Origin: Candidatus Omnitrophota bacterium
GTDB lineage: Bacteria; Omnitrophota; Gorgyraeia; B26-G9
Assembly: GCA_018817585.1 (NCBI GenBank)
Contig: JAHITE010000094.1
Coordinates: 1 to 58,959 of the forward strand
Direction of reading: 5' to 3'
Length of the DNA: 58,959 nucleotides
The notes beneath the pieces are model-generated. The model ran no database searches. It worked only from the letters and a program-made list of their open reading frames with translations, and was not told where the DNA came from. Within the stretch, counting starts at the first letter, position 1. Every line of letters begins with the position of its first letter. Shown here piece by piece: positions 28,701 through 30,560 of the stretch. Position numbers and translations under genes: made by a program.

Positions 28701-30546
28701 TGCTTTTATTTCTCCGTTTACCGGATACGAGATATCAGTAAGAGCTGGGAATACCAGATGGATAAATGATACATTTACTCATTCAGATGAAAAACGTTTA
28801 GCTTATGAAGAATTAGCATATATTATTTCCCAAAATAAAGGTGAAGTTGATTTAACCATAGATATTGATCTGCAAAAGCAGATAATAAACGCGGTGTATA
28901 AGGAATTAAGTGTAATTTATGTTACTTCAGAGGTTCTTCCTTTTTCTAAATCTGGTGGATTAGCAGAAGTTCTTGGGCAACTACCGCGGGCGATATTAAA
29001 AGAAGGCCATAAACCAGCGGTATTTACTCCGCTGTATAAAACGATTTCTACTAAAGATTTAGAAAAAGTAGATGATTTCGAGATTAATATTGGCAGGGAA
29101 ATCCTGAATACAACTGTTTGGAAAAAGGTGCACAATGGAGTGGAAGTATATTTTATTGATAATAAGTATACAAATTATTTATATGAAGATGATGATCTTA
29201 AAATCGCTTTAATATTGTCAGAAGGGGTGTTGCAGATAATTGATAAAATGGTAAGCAATAAACAACTTAACAGACCTCAGGTTATTAATGCGAATGATTG
29301 GCCTACAGGCTTAATCCCTCTATTCTTACGCACAAAATATAGCGACCATGCTTTATTTAAAGATGTTGTAAGCATCTTTTCAATTCATAATCTTGCTTAT
29401 CAGGGAGGAGAAGCTAATCGGATTCCTTATGAAAGGTTTAAGGAACTGGGCATTTCTGATGAACATTGGTTTGGGGTGATGAACTTTGAAGATACCGGAG
29501 CATTTAATCTGGTTAAAGCAGCTATTCAGCATTCTGATGCGATAGTAACTGTTTCAGAACAATACGCAAAAGAAATCAGAACTAAAGAATTCGGCGAGCG
29601 TATGGAGAATATGCTTGAATTTAGAAAAGATGATCTTTATGGAGTTTTAAATGGTATGGAAATACCTGCGGCGCAGATACTTGACTCAGCTCAAAAACAA
29701 GCAGTCAAAGTCTTATTGCAAAGAGAATTCGGCTTAAAGCAGGATCCCAACGCAATTGTTGTGGCAATGGCAACCCGGGTTACTCAGGAAAAGAATGTTG
29801 ATGGAGCCTTAAATGTGGCTAGAAGAATTTTGTTAGAAAACTCCGAAGTTCAGTTTGTATTTAAAGGCGAAGGGCATAAAGATAATCCATATACTAAACA
29901 AATGCATGAGCAAATGATCGCATTAAACAATGATTTTCCTGGACGAGTTTCTTGTGATGATGAACCAGGTGCTAGACCGAGGCATTCACACATTGCTATA
30001 GCTGGCAGCGATGTTTTGCTTGTCCCTTCGCGTAAAGAACCATGTGGATTAGTGCAGCAGGTTGGTTTATTGCAGGGATCTTTGGTTGTAGTGCATGCTG
30101 TGGGTGGGCTTGCAGATACAGTTAATGAGTTTAATCCCAGGACTGGTCAGGGTAATGGGTTTAGATTTGATAATGTAGATGATGAAAATGATCAGGATTT
30201 TTATCTTGCTGTAAATAGGGCTCTTGCAGTATACCGCAATAAGGATTTAAAAGCTAAAGTTGTGTTTAATGCTCAAACAGAAGACAGAAGCTGGGGAAAA
30301 GCAGCACGTAAATATGCTGAAATTTATATACAGGCATTTTTAAAGAAGAAAAAACAAAACATATCAACTGGAATCACAGAAGCAGAAGCTGAGTTGCCTG
30401 TAGAAGAGACTTTGAAGCCTTTTGCTCCCCAGTCAGACATAATAAAAGATTTGCGCAATCAGATATTGAAAAGTTTGTCAACTGATAGACTGCATGATAG
30501 GGTTGTTCCGGTACAAAGAAATCTATTGCTTGAACAAGCAATATAA
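1786..30546 (+). CDS. Giant multidomain protein (about 9,580-9,605 aa)
   Basis: Continuous open frame 1729..30546 in the supplied track. In-frame ATGs at 1786 (MFSRGN...) and 1804 (MFNSGKKHNIYFRAIS..., AGGGGA at 1795..1800). By analogy with the paralog leaders, 1804 may be the true start. Many independent domain-level motif matches along the frame (listed separately) argue for real coding. Confidence 0.9.
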   Translation: MFSRGNMFNSGKKHNIYFRAISAVIIQAFLLSDIAFAAGGDLRWLNNDNSQSSTLAPGTAIPQGTFRTKFDLILALVSAFEKKDSADLPLGMNYIDPANSIVKFEGKDSDLFIFEANKDNVPLVLKNAADQIRFNGYVIATLPKEVQKIPEDYVEVISEKSFAEKLAALKAQGKDFDPRAALELVKQSILLNGFTGQSETIGAKQYAPWKKNKWDVQKQAIALMTSGVIVRMPTSAGKTFVFNGVSVLRSLANKWNPNALKEVSIVHTEEGLVERDARNAAQVNADFGLTTGYVVSRDGRRIAYFVDVNGNESELPGGEKELYATADIVYLNISNFIFRFLDDNFTARSEADMALNWGKQTYFLAFDEGDVPLDIRAFNPHTISGGASLTGQGLQQISEQTLKMQEIIDQMIQGELLPVSNELCKKNDDSKTVSLTKRGEQWLKAKLNTISAYTDNKDKASVFADQTLWQEFTELALSAYVYYQNGQDYIISDENKVVIIDKDNSGMQMQGMSWSNGLDIAVRLKERRNGLDIEIKPDALNVASMILPVILSNKLGLVSGVTAASATIGEKTADKYGLEFKNLSGLDQVSKRVEQIILSSDKQESMQNAIDALVVMKSDQSATREMADWGIPDNAGAVLVRCDNENQAADFTDQLLQKQAMSERNIVRITQDGKITDAKGAEIANLSLADLDSLLADDNVDNVIIEFVSKNHESVFGGKMLKDKVEALSKNSKVIIVSTNIAGRGVDFKGDRMVVMSLSADASEETDIQLRGRSARDGREGFFFGFWSPEDFNNYKNLVSEQLAYLNSKVRVGKPHTFIMSNDSKAADRSQKIITAIRKSINDNKQTMEQQQKAFGEFLWQEADAKGKNQGFAREHVMYRRSIVTQGLNSLGIPQHIIQSIREKIAQAVENKITFFLQPEEFVNEILSKEFGLSDIDARTIKQSLESGDYDIAQAVFSVIETVLKNRALEIVDQQWTRFLSESEWNKHRLEKISTRSGYEKQFIKPQMIYAEIKRITANIFERTKTVTQEELGKNVIALAFQLAGKDPTSEEMDQAQAAADKINTLSLGQRIKLLTLRIGPAAIAISANIALAVLIGVIFKALSIGGVGSAVGLPVIGSAISLFLSLGPVALAAITIGAVMIGFALNSQVKRLSQVDSSIAKMADAIAIGHRQSLKDIGKTVGLTAWRKTLTVTATFAPFVAAMTLFSYIGSAAFIAGTIGNTVLLASVVLGVVGIISSGLLLFTSRKDLKSAPLMPMTSAKRFFRGGIFGSLVTLGTYAFAFVSSGTFGVPVIIGIVGVGASMLIAKNIFALSSDNIAVKGWITPLGFLAGIAAAAAIVLGIVPLLGVQVIDSIRIAMSTGVMPGGGVLQVVGFLVTALFSLQGIMFFKSQYSTGQKIAKQEVGFDGKAKKSKQTIFTFLAMGRASALQSRMVMITTGSIMGLAVTVGVLILGVKLIAMLPLIALFTVGTFISKVIIRKISTKPTDYSALAKRKVKNFAGIQSQLNTVGLNQFSENIGLIINQFKQEVGNSQNPTSLAYSKLNGMIEKDKLLQTFLIALQSSSPNDGSFFSKAEIKHMIAKIPMEDLNSQQRAAFTKAIIALLVELNLAKVGVNRLFNIAVNPEKLTKALQISVMPFMGATMLASVPTMAAASISQNAQSPYETAKADLPQNTPEIAAYYANLAEQARNERLIEIPDIEQEQALNQFVSKFRIPVLTEYQTNLACEFGAIRENGIRTHKGFDFLVQAGTNIYPTMPGRVVFAGQGTGYGNLVVVEHEVENGISGRIDYFYTLYGHNQSNLVKTGDYVGVNEPIAKAGVTGHASSPDGGCVHFEIKQAEKKINDYYQYIALTALDPEAVLGKDLHLMADISKRNEPILVASIDPSMPLFSLAKNKEPKVIGQAPPPPAKEQVNVSKPAPYSSFAGIIGKKIVLNQLIKGNSWAQAAQKLFGNPHLWATLRDIYARQHPDENVVGTLIINIANGATLEITEELAALLSPEFKATIDPRNAEQIIQPTVHQTVLPIVPEAGSQVTARVWKHTVEPGDCLSKIAQDLLGSHRLWPNFREIYNQQNPNKKIIGTLIFASDTLTLNITDEVAALMTPAARENLNLKPAASGPPPAIAKLTASDTPAAIANPVSNNDDQDQDSFAIRDQVAARAKELMASRAAELAKKKNAETEKIYYSDPAKPTPARNYERGLANAIIKILTNAAEGGHFAVAENPALSDELKTAGNLYFYHKGSEQEIGARDGSLQKLIDADRASNTAKNVADIEIWIGSKYLKDTKGNILRDKRNNPILNELAKPYIPLIDNKPLVYDSLSQLSDVQNLLHFYKFPTQLENRDSFGRGQELTSPSEIRDYQAKGFPLDIWIEGKDVGGQYSYRLNFGTVAANMTLDDVNDYARARVLQLEVVGKILSNLDRESQQQMINDANTKGITPFGAAAIPNIAGKLPENPMMKENPYIGAIVAQRGSNPFEVKTYLQSDNLNQNYIEVYNAQKHISKAERLEKIDKNTNFDNVYYFSKDSAGKLLQRKMHFLSYNRQGKLVEVNARSAHDVIVLETEGAKGDWANCDILWFGKNATNKEILNVSIGTLMHQIAVENAKKTEKQLKRRMVLETALIPLNVMGGFGVGGIIGQLSQPGAQAGIRLIYDSLFTAWEMPTGAKIMGPPSKDTVETFISSYLFFNQGPGKNRPAEQKGLEFITKEDKAGNLTVTDKEFAAYLEKQKKDKKSDLNLWLTMAMDDQASIGFVNYVQGQRKFAIAMFSAGILDNLARLNTESFNAPGNAFRNILASRYFSLTGEVNVLAVIGAIAGNDVLGAGANFGAFKEGWGNFWENYVNFFGVTVDAKAVINSLSTLFTKDKVFEYSPELPKKRAFGLYFLGFPIMTYFDLKNTQGFINSSNSFAFEMESSSNLFDKKWWRDKVTEYTEEDFQKLKLVPLGKVKAEGEKGQPVWRVYYINADTGGIVFLGEKGYASKLKRLEDDVKLFDQFMSLIGEGGGRIEKKSYDAGAVVEANITQPQATKAGERIPDLNQQMLSFSWNTRHSLTNISPSHIYDTKATTNSLNWAFTYDIALQSITLAAGGMPDESDALLNYLTEHKWLYRQGEKDDFNGGVYNSVDLAQISSATQKPIAEFRNNAGNSNWVAAALIKGALQHLKQRFPEPSLNPWQLVLVDQKEEVDQGREDFRKNGDIDKVFAGRGETQWGFLGLRTTKLAAVDQAMNDQEKAYIERAKNIAVSLLALQDKDGGIRHGPTELNIKSTEENINAFGLFSMLYDLTGENKYKDAAKKILEWLPKVYDKQTGVFHRGITDEIVDKIYTTDANALAIIVIGPEILNKLKDRNGYVFDPNGKTAEKIMGLKDNKGTITASEVTVKYKGNDVLGYDYTNADGRANRGAVVSPEMTAHVAKAHKVMFRYYANDPAKQTYHADKAKTLLDNMEKIALRTDLGISFPNSTVPENIKQGEQINRYYDERKKESGQAASDFYTPSLASLNSLWIILADKDVDPFDVRNEKPLAERSAVNGFKGFDQSIINLKERILDLQKQKRTDAKWSKENEQILIAAIDQINQKMQLYTKGMIIPAGQEYNQDILTIIALKAKQTKGIKLNPKEAADLKASESRHPYYQGWDKLSMLSEKRFVINQIKEIKKLESPAKDQKLKELIDKVIKAYYGNGLKSEQQIAVMIEKFAQLLKNSESVEMAAFELVDMLYGQDKLISEDIFKGVYQYLSAEDNSIVTVTLIAPAEAIKAAREKRQEEQTIAAKQYELLEKGGVIITDKSTGRLLEIRAGEGIDVLGQFLDKIKNMVAAEEIDVAAMQKIMKDRWVFTIPANSSEALSVNGKKQDVTVTLVFPYASEYVREEENLRTGEKEVRVFKYGLLDRVITKDKITVMQYNNIEVDVSGTVYENITRRLDKDAPYKPENILLISETAVYDTVFDVEKVSGAVSPVVIKKVLDPDSKAVKYEVYKDYELPVMTFSEKYVTLIEFDKWGREKSSTTYKNTGSIDNPRWNPEKPVLSSEVLPLIGLKDSEGNPVYWDENSKWSSKLVFDHERNKHFIEVRDQNGNLIKKYDGTMSENTQAKPQPLQVIPEQKDQQFEIDARDAQGRAFKVEKETSFYFEYLDEFKTLGVNAAEMNRLGLKGSAMVGDTYLYTIDANGVGSRQKNAEGKELEPVGRSVAQVQRPNEKGISKYFDNKGNVLLQMYAPKQKLVWQQVIDNQGRKVTEYYGYMVDRNNKRVANVQESDLSKLKFIRDKVSYSIYSVDQLNDLKALNIGIYNQLKAEIKKLNIDIESEQFKKDLNAQGKIDLALLGVTCAYDPDTNKPVELMAFSSVEKNADNKFIINGGDVLVISKDMQKKDVSQQVIDGAGRVKIKYDGKFDSLNKRFIREKVTYFYYEYQNRFESYNISAGLAEEMKILGLFGVAMVGETFTYDDNTKQQSAQPIAYSFLRAFENKSYVDEKGNILVQMMNANQHMSRQDLINNQGQTIKRYLGKLINAETKEFERAQASYFFYSTQQLEEFKEQNPDFYKQLVKEYKKVGVDIEAESFKAELNRNGKIGIAIIGATYLYDQNLNKEIKLMSVSRIVKNKQGGYIDEQGNVLVEMKDLINNLHWQELIDSTGRIQVKFDGVVKAGQFVRNQRTYYFYDYASFFAYRQAHPELKVELDAWEAKLPQLGKVNAKEVMDELGRRNIALFGFTFLYDQETDKDTEALAFSFLNVQQNQGNKVEDYFSKAGEISVQNVRFKQQLTWEEIKDNFGRPVKVYDYEKGKDNKYYPNKVTKYHYVYNDTFSKLGITKEVMNQLGRAGFAMVGETYLLKKGTKIEQEKPGSVSVMKPHKNLKGTQLSDYFNNKGEMIVELDNKRDLRVWQEVRDAHGRVTYSYDGEIIDGKFVILNVTRFDYDYSDALFNTVAEKMEKEWIKLGLNKEQKRAELKEAMSRLSKYYMAAVGSTYLYDAENGNEYGINPDNLTDFSILEKFNLNEYGNRDQFKVDLLNNVDIKFLNNVVKKLGINIDAKVIDGLGKAIRKAAQGYVDEKSFITIDSLIEDLNTLKTEFNLKGLNDADLRSIFIELFKNTDYINDDGYVKAMIYNIRNRLLWMGIKDNKGKIQYKYDGYLTKPGQFEWVWVTKVNYYWPEEIENLGAIGIAYNSNTHFYQERIDMDSFASELAAVYFSSKDIKTDIEKLIKVTVKNSKQSDAVLAAIDKISLKGKDEIALNKALRDLLREIIKQTAAPFNIDLGLSANFNIDKLVFEFGNITANSNKDNLMPKIEKFLRENVLDKEYREKLLFVIQQILQDPAMQNKTAKQYQEALLMSIMKSREFAVVTESQIVPFKQKEGKDIYIDEAGNVIFHMFQVRRQLDYQEVKDNRGSIVILFDGKINKDKLAQPLTKHRSEAFERDIMSFSYFENRVLNSMSISNRGEAFFFDEQDLMAKRLANLPVRNIQLSVFEYTQKLRGQEAKDMESIVSLSGGQRKLAEKLSKVVQIEVVKLEQDVQFITPATLAKRIYAQKEKYELNGFTLNSLTKLCSELFGQRFSESWLIPYEEQKGSDLDVFISKDKEGNVLGDIHYQAKERWHSSIFDLDDPRDKVKAIDNDAIQKAFADYRIRLEKAGVEDFSQIIKQIGGEQKLSENFRPLLLESLLKLQKEKAQVSLEYIISTMDGLKGDFGLSALTNTDITILTSSLCTTSANVYYQKEKDNLGRVVKHTWGYVDNTGQFNGTMQFRSQYQTEYGKFGVADITTSFLVEANWTLFNYSKAVNLDQRSGAVDYAVIKTMLPNERGEYFAGELEKKFEDSWYIFRIPLPKTDMIEFFQAGPFNLKYDAAKSVVEDLIGKYRTGRFLTQEDLIYFLTPSLEKNGVDINNSDIKEILISKLFKGMDSKSATIFVDRKSIDDEKQRPNILQMWMEVKNNRGHLDLMFSGYLNMYDEQGVLIKEKRQSLDVGTIEFGKTFVNFLHYNKKRNIGISKGSTLFRFDPNFAIETEYNGVLYRKYKDEGREDLAHTKDLRFETNEQGRVAMLYIVDDVRRSKQSTVGLALRPDGRKVYEIHQGKVGKGELLKGQFTDKVKLYYDLYELPVETKLLYPDGTERLKEKHFVVFIADRIAEQWVFAQRVVETRLDAFLNKLNEFVSGNEIVQPQGETKQFYTRSYAESEKEAERNGAYFENGIEMYQRKDKFNPVVWRDYQATGAVDAFKEYLDIQILKHATNNLFTNVFVEGRERGVFMPLLVVVGTTTVLITLGLPAALLAASWFLSLFVKVTGRKRKAWKVPVAASGDGTPDDADKPPVEPSVVVAGSGPRTAPDATFVGSKNIDSSIRNRMSIMIPQIGVIGQFTKYISDLYEEGGFLEADPILKKGMEDAFIQRFYPDWDGREATRPQRTEEVWSGYLTQYGIELTEIEKLVIEPVMYILYYATSQDSRRLDNWTAGQTRTGKGNKWDKADGAINWDTKTNPFVKFGHIYQKQEEKELVVDYIGSLLSEQNIVLTDEDKGFLITKLFNKKDSSIIDPKKIKTILVDRFGALDDLTIQNIVDKVIVRYGGREKMLLVGDRDFRRYFEYCEQDGIDPFTGEALRPGAIANQELDFRGFIPVARKMIVSQSADSQKTFYEKVKNRDQYLLDPMRKLLAEKYKQDNFRPYEFPQAFAKGDVKRTILTWGLVLGGIALSGYFLFVGGMAATALWVFPIYSLFSWQLVEMMPMLVFFYRHKMGGWMTVLRAKTRAQYEGFKPRRDMANDLRAQLGLSVTQAKKAVNILTKGYFKNDFATQDELNEFIAKTIRKYKKDFRIIDFNQATLLSFTKNLNQDKTTRDRLQGKYRFWTVLFTCWGLNFALLSGASLYYAAGTIPAIGYVIGIGVLLLNSVVSLRSWWSLLNEAVTLNMEKQGKWREFSSYEQIKPIHLQQIAVDPYLKDVFNTVLVDETLLHYTLITEQEVQLLKDALVNGTALPKLENPRAQRKVIEFFNKINLYSADEFEEMKEFMLKNPDKLLKVITKNTGMGQLGTPLRSGFDDKKTAQIKTPFRTVKDTFTGDWIIYLKSLARNLDAVQQKEFVTKLKNPLLTYEQTLSIMLNEYGILPLGYNAEGMPFTTLMTQAVFEAKSKQEMLNELNRELNHIAIPDLTFLMKHLGISLDPAIAKPKLADYKNTLNKHFSAMSDSDLENLLKELMLNRQIIHQFMIYRVDSYQKTVRTAHHASIVGYKVFLKHALDLDHEPTEAEIVKYFRSIFSYMKVLMGNGRSHGDIMWEDLKELGWESASYTDGKPDHHLKSWADFDSSPEANIQQSNWGFKVDNWTMALRYVDDPDAVIFNTDWEHTIFPTDAFLLPFVAYEFTKREDLGLLLTDLRQADEGMTPTAKDQTMAEDVWNIRIIPAETRFGTPAMYGPLIIRLPAMRDFGTPASKIEDTYTGQEVLKSGYKSDFTPAISMGRGREKTQAGMPGFVNRFGGLTLENTLSTHYQQFLKSKFVHWTEKLTLMFNDDHYVNQVLIPRYNLTIFLFAFFVSFTPFAFLAIPLFFVCAQYIFAQAITAGGVRKMTKEFGVWKGYGLYLQRFWSLVFTFLSLISNDAQKTSDALGGNSGVFVGGMKDVKHPSDRFGSVGDDKSIYGKFRESTKWGVILAGILLVAPLHPWGVAAQYFFYVLPFAFIWGPFLHNALYGRDSFRGKVQWDYFKTKKAAFDNLKGKRKFGDYVDMIFALPVLNLAPVTGFFYGLISIPYFIFVDILWVNIFNRFIINPAGKLFRNLNFKTITAKTFGITGISIQYKDLTESFVNDLELRFNISGASDSRFSPNGNRAERLAQIFNEAMLYLESTVVQDTVLNDYLQDLLVKQDNRAPPMVVRVNSALPVNAARYYNPKQGCVEIILNELFTRELIAAYDVYPQAVLTIIAERLFHELAHNNTVGTDAQEREETKQILLRDIALHQLVIKSGNQAFVDDYFANSNPTFKSGYYFKAVIQDQLIPVLNDTAEFDKRVKAYLDNTLHQIHSEPLKGMADQNIIINSPEKLAQAYDINWESTTAMVKAGKAPAAPLKNFKHEKSDVSIIVSAPDFPQAMRDALSNIAEELKGIFKGLAITDNEMIHATIFVLGDNYPITPDMANKISDILKDIGPLKIRVKGLNMSSNGNIFAQCYVEDEKFYKLLKKLDWGFPDETRGSRILHISLARISEGISSDEFKQLYDKVAQLRNFDFGQVVIKTPELIEVLDRWGFAVGRSYTFFVDDLLSDNLQTGRALKDEYITKLDGLRQSGSIKPADKSQLNFEMTEKQQQLYLQAIKEVLAERKEETITPAILFEAADRATKDYKSTLKARVCLQPGTMNPLHYGQITASLAGILGQVSEEDKDKEVLTLLANGGTVPDKPYAASAKIRNEMAKQAIKDPDLEEWLEVTPIRGQVVNMFMSDPYALEKTGKNRAARRFNMDMAGFIWLFASNPEVDWIYLVGSDKVAGYGKKNEKGLIVDTLSKARVKVVYFSRTGEEIDYERDIEPYEWMNALEKQGFFVKSEVSSFADLSATKIRKALISGADNVDNIPLAASVPQQVIDYIKPNSLAGRTLIFLYDLENREKQADEQVTAGILQRALFAYEQAIKDIEKEQQKNDIAADILAKLHDKISEKVEKLKANILIQNQNALMIESDIFINDLNELSEKYFNKPKLTKDKYDTARAMAYEVNRRLSSRDGIKAFGRNHRQGLNPEVIDLEYDRYNRVLEGVIQILNRHEYPNVFVNSWGYDPVIRERNLAKLNEQFTKLFFVNIVKGMRKILARTGFIANASPAARIIINDLRILKEDEIEKMTARELADNIIKPLIDTPVGLSIFEDMQEKFMLYSAAPGTGKGALIENTFNPVKKGVGYPGLVNKLMLYHTRDPHNENTGRLSEKDGLAYHFRTQAELETLERQGRIETAWVNKQLQGLASKDFEETVVLNKEDINIQDSRQTLLDSDLIIEERENQYIVKRKIRGSQAVFDGNKPVVLEGGYGWFLSLKDRYPDITVAFISPFTGYEISVRAGNTRWINDTFTHSDEKRLAYEELAYIISQNKGEVDLTIDIDLQKQIINAVYKELSVIYVTSEVLPFSKSGGLAEVLGQLPRAILKEGHKPAVFTPLYKTISTKDLEKVDDFEINIGREILNTTVWKKVHNGVEVYFIDNKYTNYLYEDDDLKIALILSEGVLQIIDKMVSNKQLNRPQVINANDWPTGLIPLFLRTKYSDHALFKDVVSIFSIHNLAYQGGEANRIPYERFKELGISDEHWFGVMNFEDTGAFNLVKAAIQHSDAIVTVSEQYAKEIRTKEFGERMENMLEFRKDDLYGVLNGMEIPAAQILDSAQKQAVKVLLQREFGLKQDPNAIVVAMATRVTQEKNVDGALNVARRILLENSEVQFVFKGEGHKDNPYTKQMHEQMIALNNDFPGRVSCDDEPGARPRHSHIAIAGSDVLLVPSRKEPCGLVQQVGLLQGSLVVVHAVGGLADTVNEFNPRTGQGNGFRFDNVDDENDQDFYLAVNRALAVYRNKDLKAKVVFNAQTEDRSWGKAARKYAEIYIQAFLKKKKQNISTGITEAEAELPVEETLKPFAPQSDIIKDLRNQILKSLSTDRLHDRVVPVQRNLLLEQAI
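1837..1905 (+). other. Conserved Sec-type leader / signal-anchor of the giant protein
   Basis: FRAISAVIIQAFLLSDIAFAAGG follows the basic stretch KKHNIY. Same motif at 31099..31161, 35699..35764 and 38279..38344. AxA-like cleavage context (AFA|AG). Confidence 0.7.
2390..4160 (+). other. SecA-like DEAD-motor ATPase domain (within giant ORF)
   Basis: WDVQKQAIALMTSGVIVRMPTSAGKTF (Walker A, nt 2479..2505). YFLAFDEGDVPLDIRAFNPHTISGG (compare SecA [22 protein letters not shown]). QDYIISDENKVVIIDKDNSGMQMQGMSWSNGLDIAV (compare [34 protein letters not shown]). VSTNIAGRGVDF (compare IATNMAGRGTDI). IQLRGRSARDGREGFFFGFWSPED (compare [24 protein letters not shown]). E. coli SecA motifs recalled from memory. 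Confidence 0.8.
4980..6230 (+). other. Polytopic membrane block (roughly a dozen hydrophobic helices)
   Basis: Long run of G/A/I/L/V-rich 20-aa segments separated by short basic loops (LRIGPAAIAISANIALAVLIGVIF ... MLPLIALFTVGTFISKVIIRK). Confidence 0.65.
6955..7300 (+). other. Peptidase M23 (LytM-type) domain
   Basis: HKGFD (HxxxD, nt 7000..7014). GTNIYPTMPGRVVFAG, YGNLVVVEH, TLYGHNQSNLVKTGDYV. The terminal HxH motif reads CVHFE (Cys codon 7273..7275). Confidence 0.75.
7570..8070 (+). other. Two tandem LysM-like repeats
   Basis: HTVEPGDCLSKIAQDLLGSHRLWPNFREIYNQQNPNKKIIGTLIFASDTLTLNITDEVAALMTP and a more degenerate upstream copy NQLIKGNSWAQAAQKLFGNPHLWATLRDIYARQHPDENVVGTLIINIANGATLEITEELAALLSP. 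A Pro-rich linker precedes them. Confidence 0.5.
10890..12310 (+). other. (alpha/alpha) toroid domain with QW-like motif, homologous to the C-terminus of ORF 47440..49386
   Basis: NWAFTYDIALQS vs DVGFTYDQALSA. LLALQDKDGGIRHGP...TEENINAFGLF...YKDAAKKILEWL...FHRGITDE...TDANALAIIVIGPE vs LLELQNRNKDGSLPGGP...TEQNIAAYMFF...YALAARKVYKWL...FNRGTDDR...TDTVALSIMAFGPQ. Confidence 0.55.
13700..19950 (+). repeat. Array of at least 10 divergent 120-150-aa protein repeat modules (protein-level only)
   Basis: Recurrent anchor D.(K/Q)GN(V/I)L(V/L).M.......L.WQ(E/Q)(V/I).D..GR....(Y/F)DG. Examples: WQQVIDNQGRKVTEYYG, SQQVIDGAGRVKIKYDG, WQELIDSTGRIQVKFDG, WEEIKDNFGRPVKVYDY, WQEVRDAHGRVTYSYDG, WMGIKDNKGKIQYKYDG, YQEVKDNRGSIVILFDG. 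Each is followed by (V/T)(T/S)YF(Y/F)Y.Y, a helical stretch, and A(M/I)(V/I)G(E/D/A)T(Y/F)(L/T)YD. Confidence 0.7.
21700..24970 (+). other. GT48 (FKS / callose synthase)-like beta-1,3-glucan synthase module flanked by TM clusters
   Basis: Core at nt 23959..24117 IEDTYTGQEVLKSGYKSDFTPAISMGRGREKTQAGMPGFVNRFGGLTLENTLS. It aligns without gaps to the yeast Fks1 segment [53 protein letters not shown] (recalled from memory), matching at ED.Y.G, G, G.GR(D/E), F, G, E, LS. Upstream VIFNTDWEH...VAYEF vs IQLIDANQDNY...LAEF. Downstream LGGNSGVFVGG and FAFIWGPFLHN vs IGGARYISTGRGF and FAPFVFNPHQF. TM clusters at about 21715..22380 and 24215..24960, as in FKS topology. Confidence 0.55.
25860..26400 (+). 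other. 2H phosphoesterase (LigT / cyclic phosphodiesterase-like) domain
   Basis: Two H-x-(T/S)-x motifs 78 residues apart: MIHATIFVLG (His codon 25987) and ILHISLARI (His codon 26221). Confidence 0.5.
26520..27380 (+). other. NadD-like (HxGH-family) nucleotidyltransferase module, giant-protein copy
   Basis: LQPGTMNPLHYGQI (HxGH motif with the last His replaced by Gln, codon 26713..26715). LLANGGTVPDKPYAAS, RRFNMDMAGFIWLF, YLVGSDKVAGYGKKNEKG. SSFADLSATKIRKAL (ISSTxIR-like). Confidence 0.65.
27600..28900 (+). other. Guanylate-kinase-like module (tail segment followed by P-loop head)
   Basis: Tail 27628..27995: ESDIFINDLNEL...YEVNRRL...YDRYNRVLEGVIQIL...WGYDP...FTKLFF. Head 28198..28800: LYSAAPGTGKGALIENTF, LMLYHTRDPH...SEKDGLAYHFRTQAELETLERQGRIETAWVNKQLQGLA, VVLEGGYGWFLSLKDRYPDITVAFISPF. 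Confidence 0.55.
28905..30345 (+). other. GT5 glycogen/starch synthase (GlgA-like) domain at the C-terminus of the giant protein
   Basis: VIYVTSEVLPFSKSGGLAEVLGQLPRAILKEGHKPAVFTPLY (KxGGL motif at nt 28948..28962). INANDWPTGLIPLFL. VPSRKEPCGLVQQVGLLQGSLVVVHAVGGLADTV (compare PSRFEPCGL...GGLxDTV). Confidence 0.8.
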
Positions 30547-30560
30547 AAAGGAGAATAGCA

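Noticed and set aside
1729-30546. The giant ORF as an assembly chimera of several genes.
   Set aside because: No stop or frame change occurs at any domain boundary. Composition looks uniform by eye. The C-terminal cassette has diverged rather than identical paralogs downstream, which makes a repeat-mediated misjoin less likely. This cannot be excluded without reads, so it is listed as the first check.
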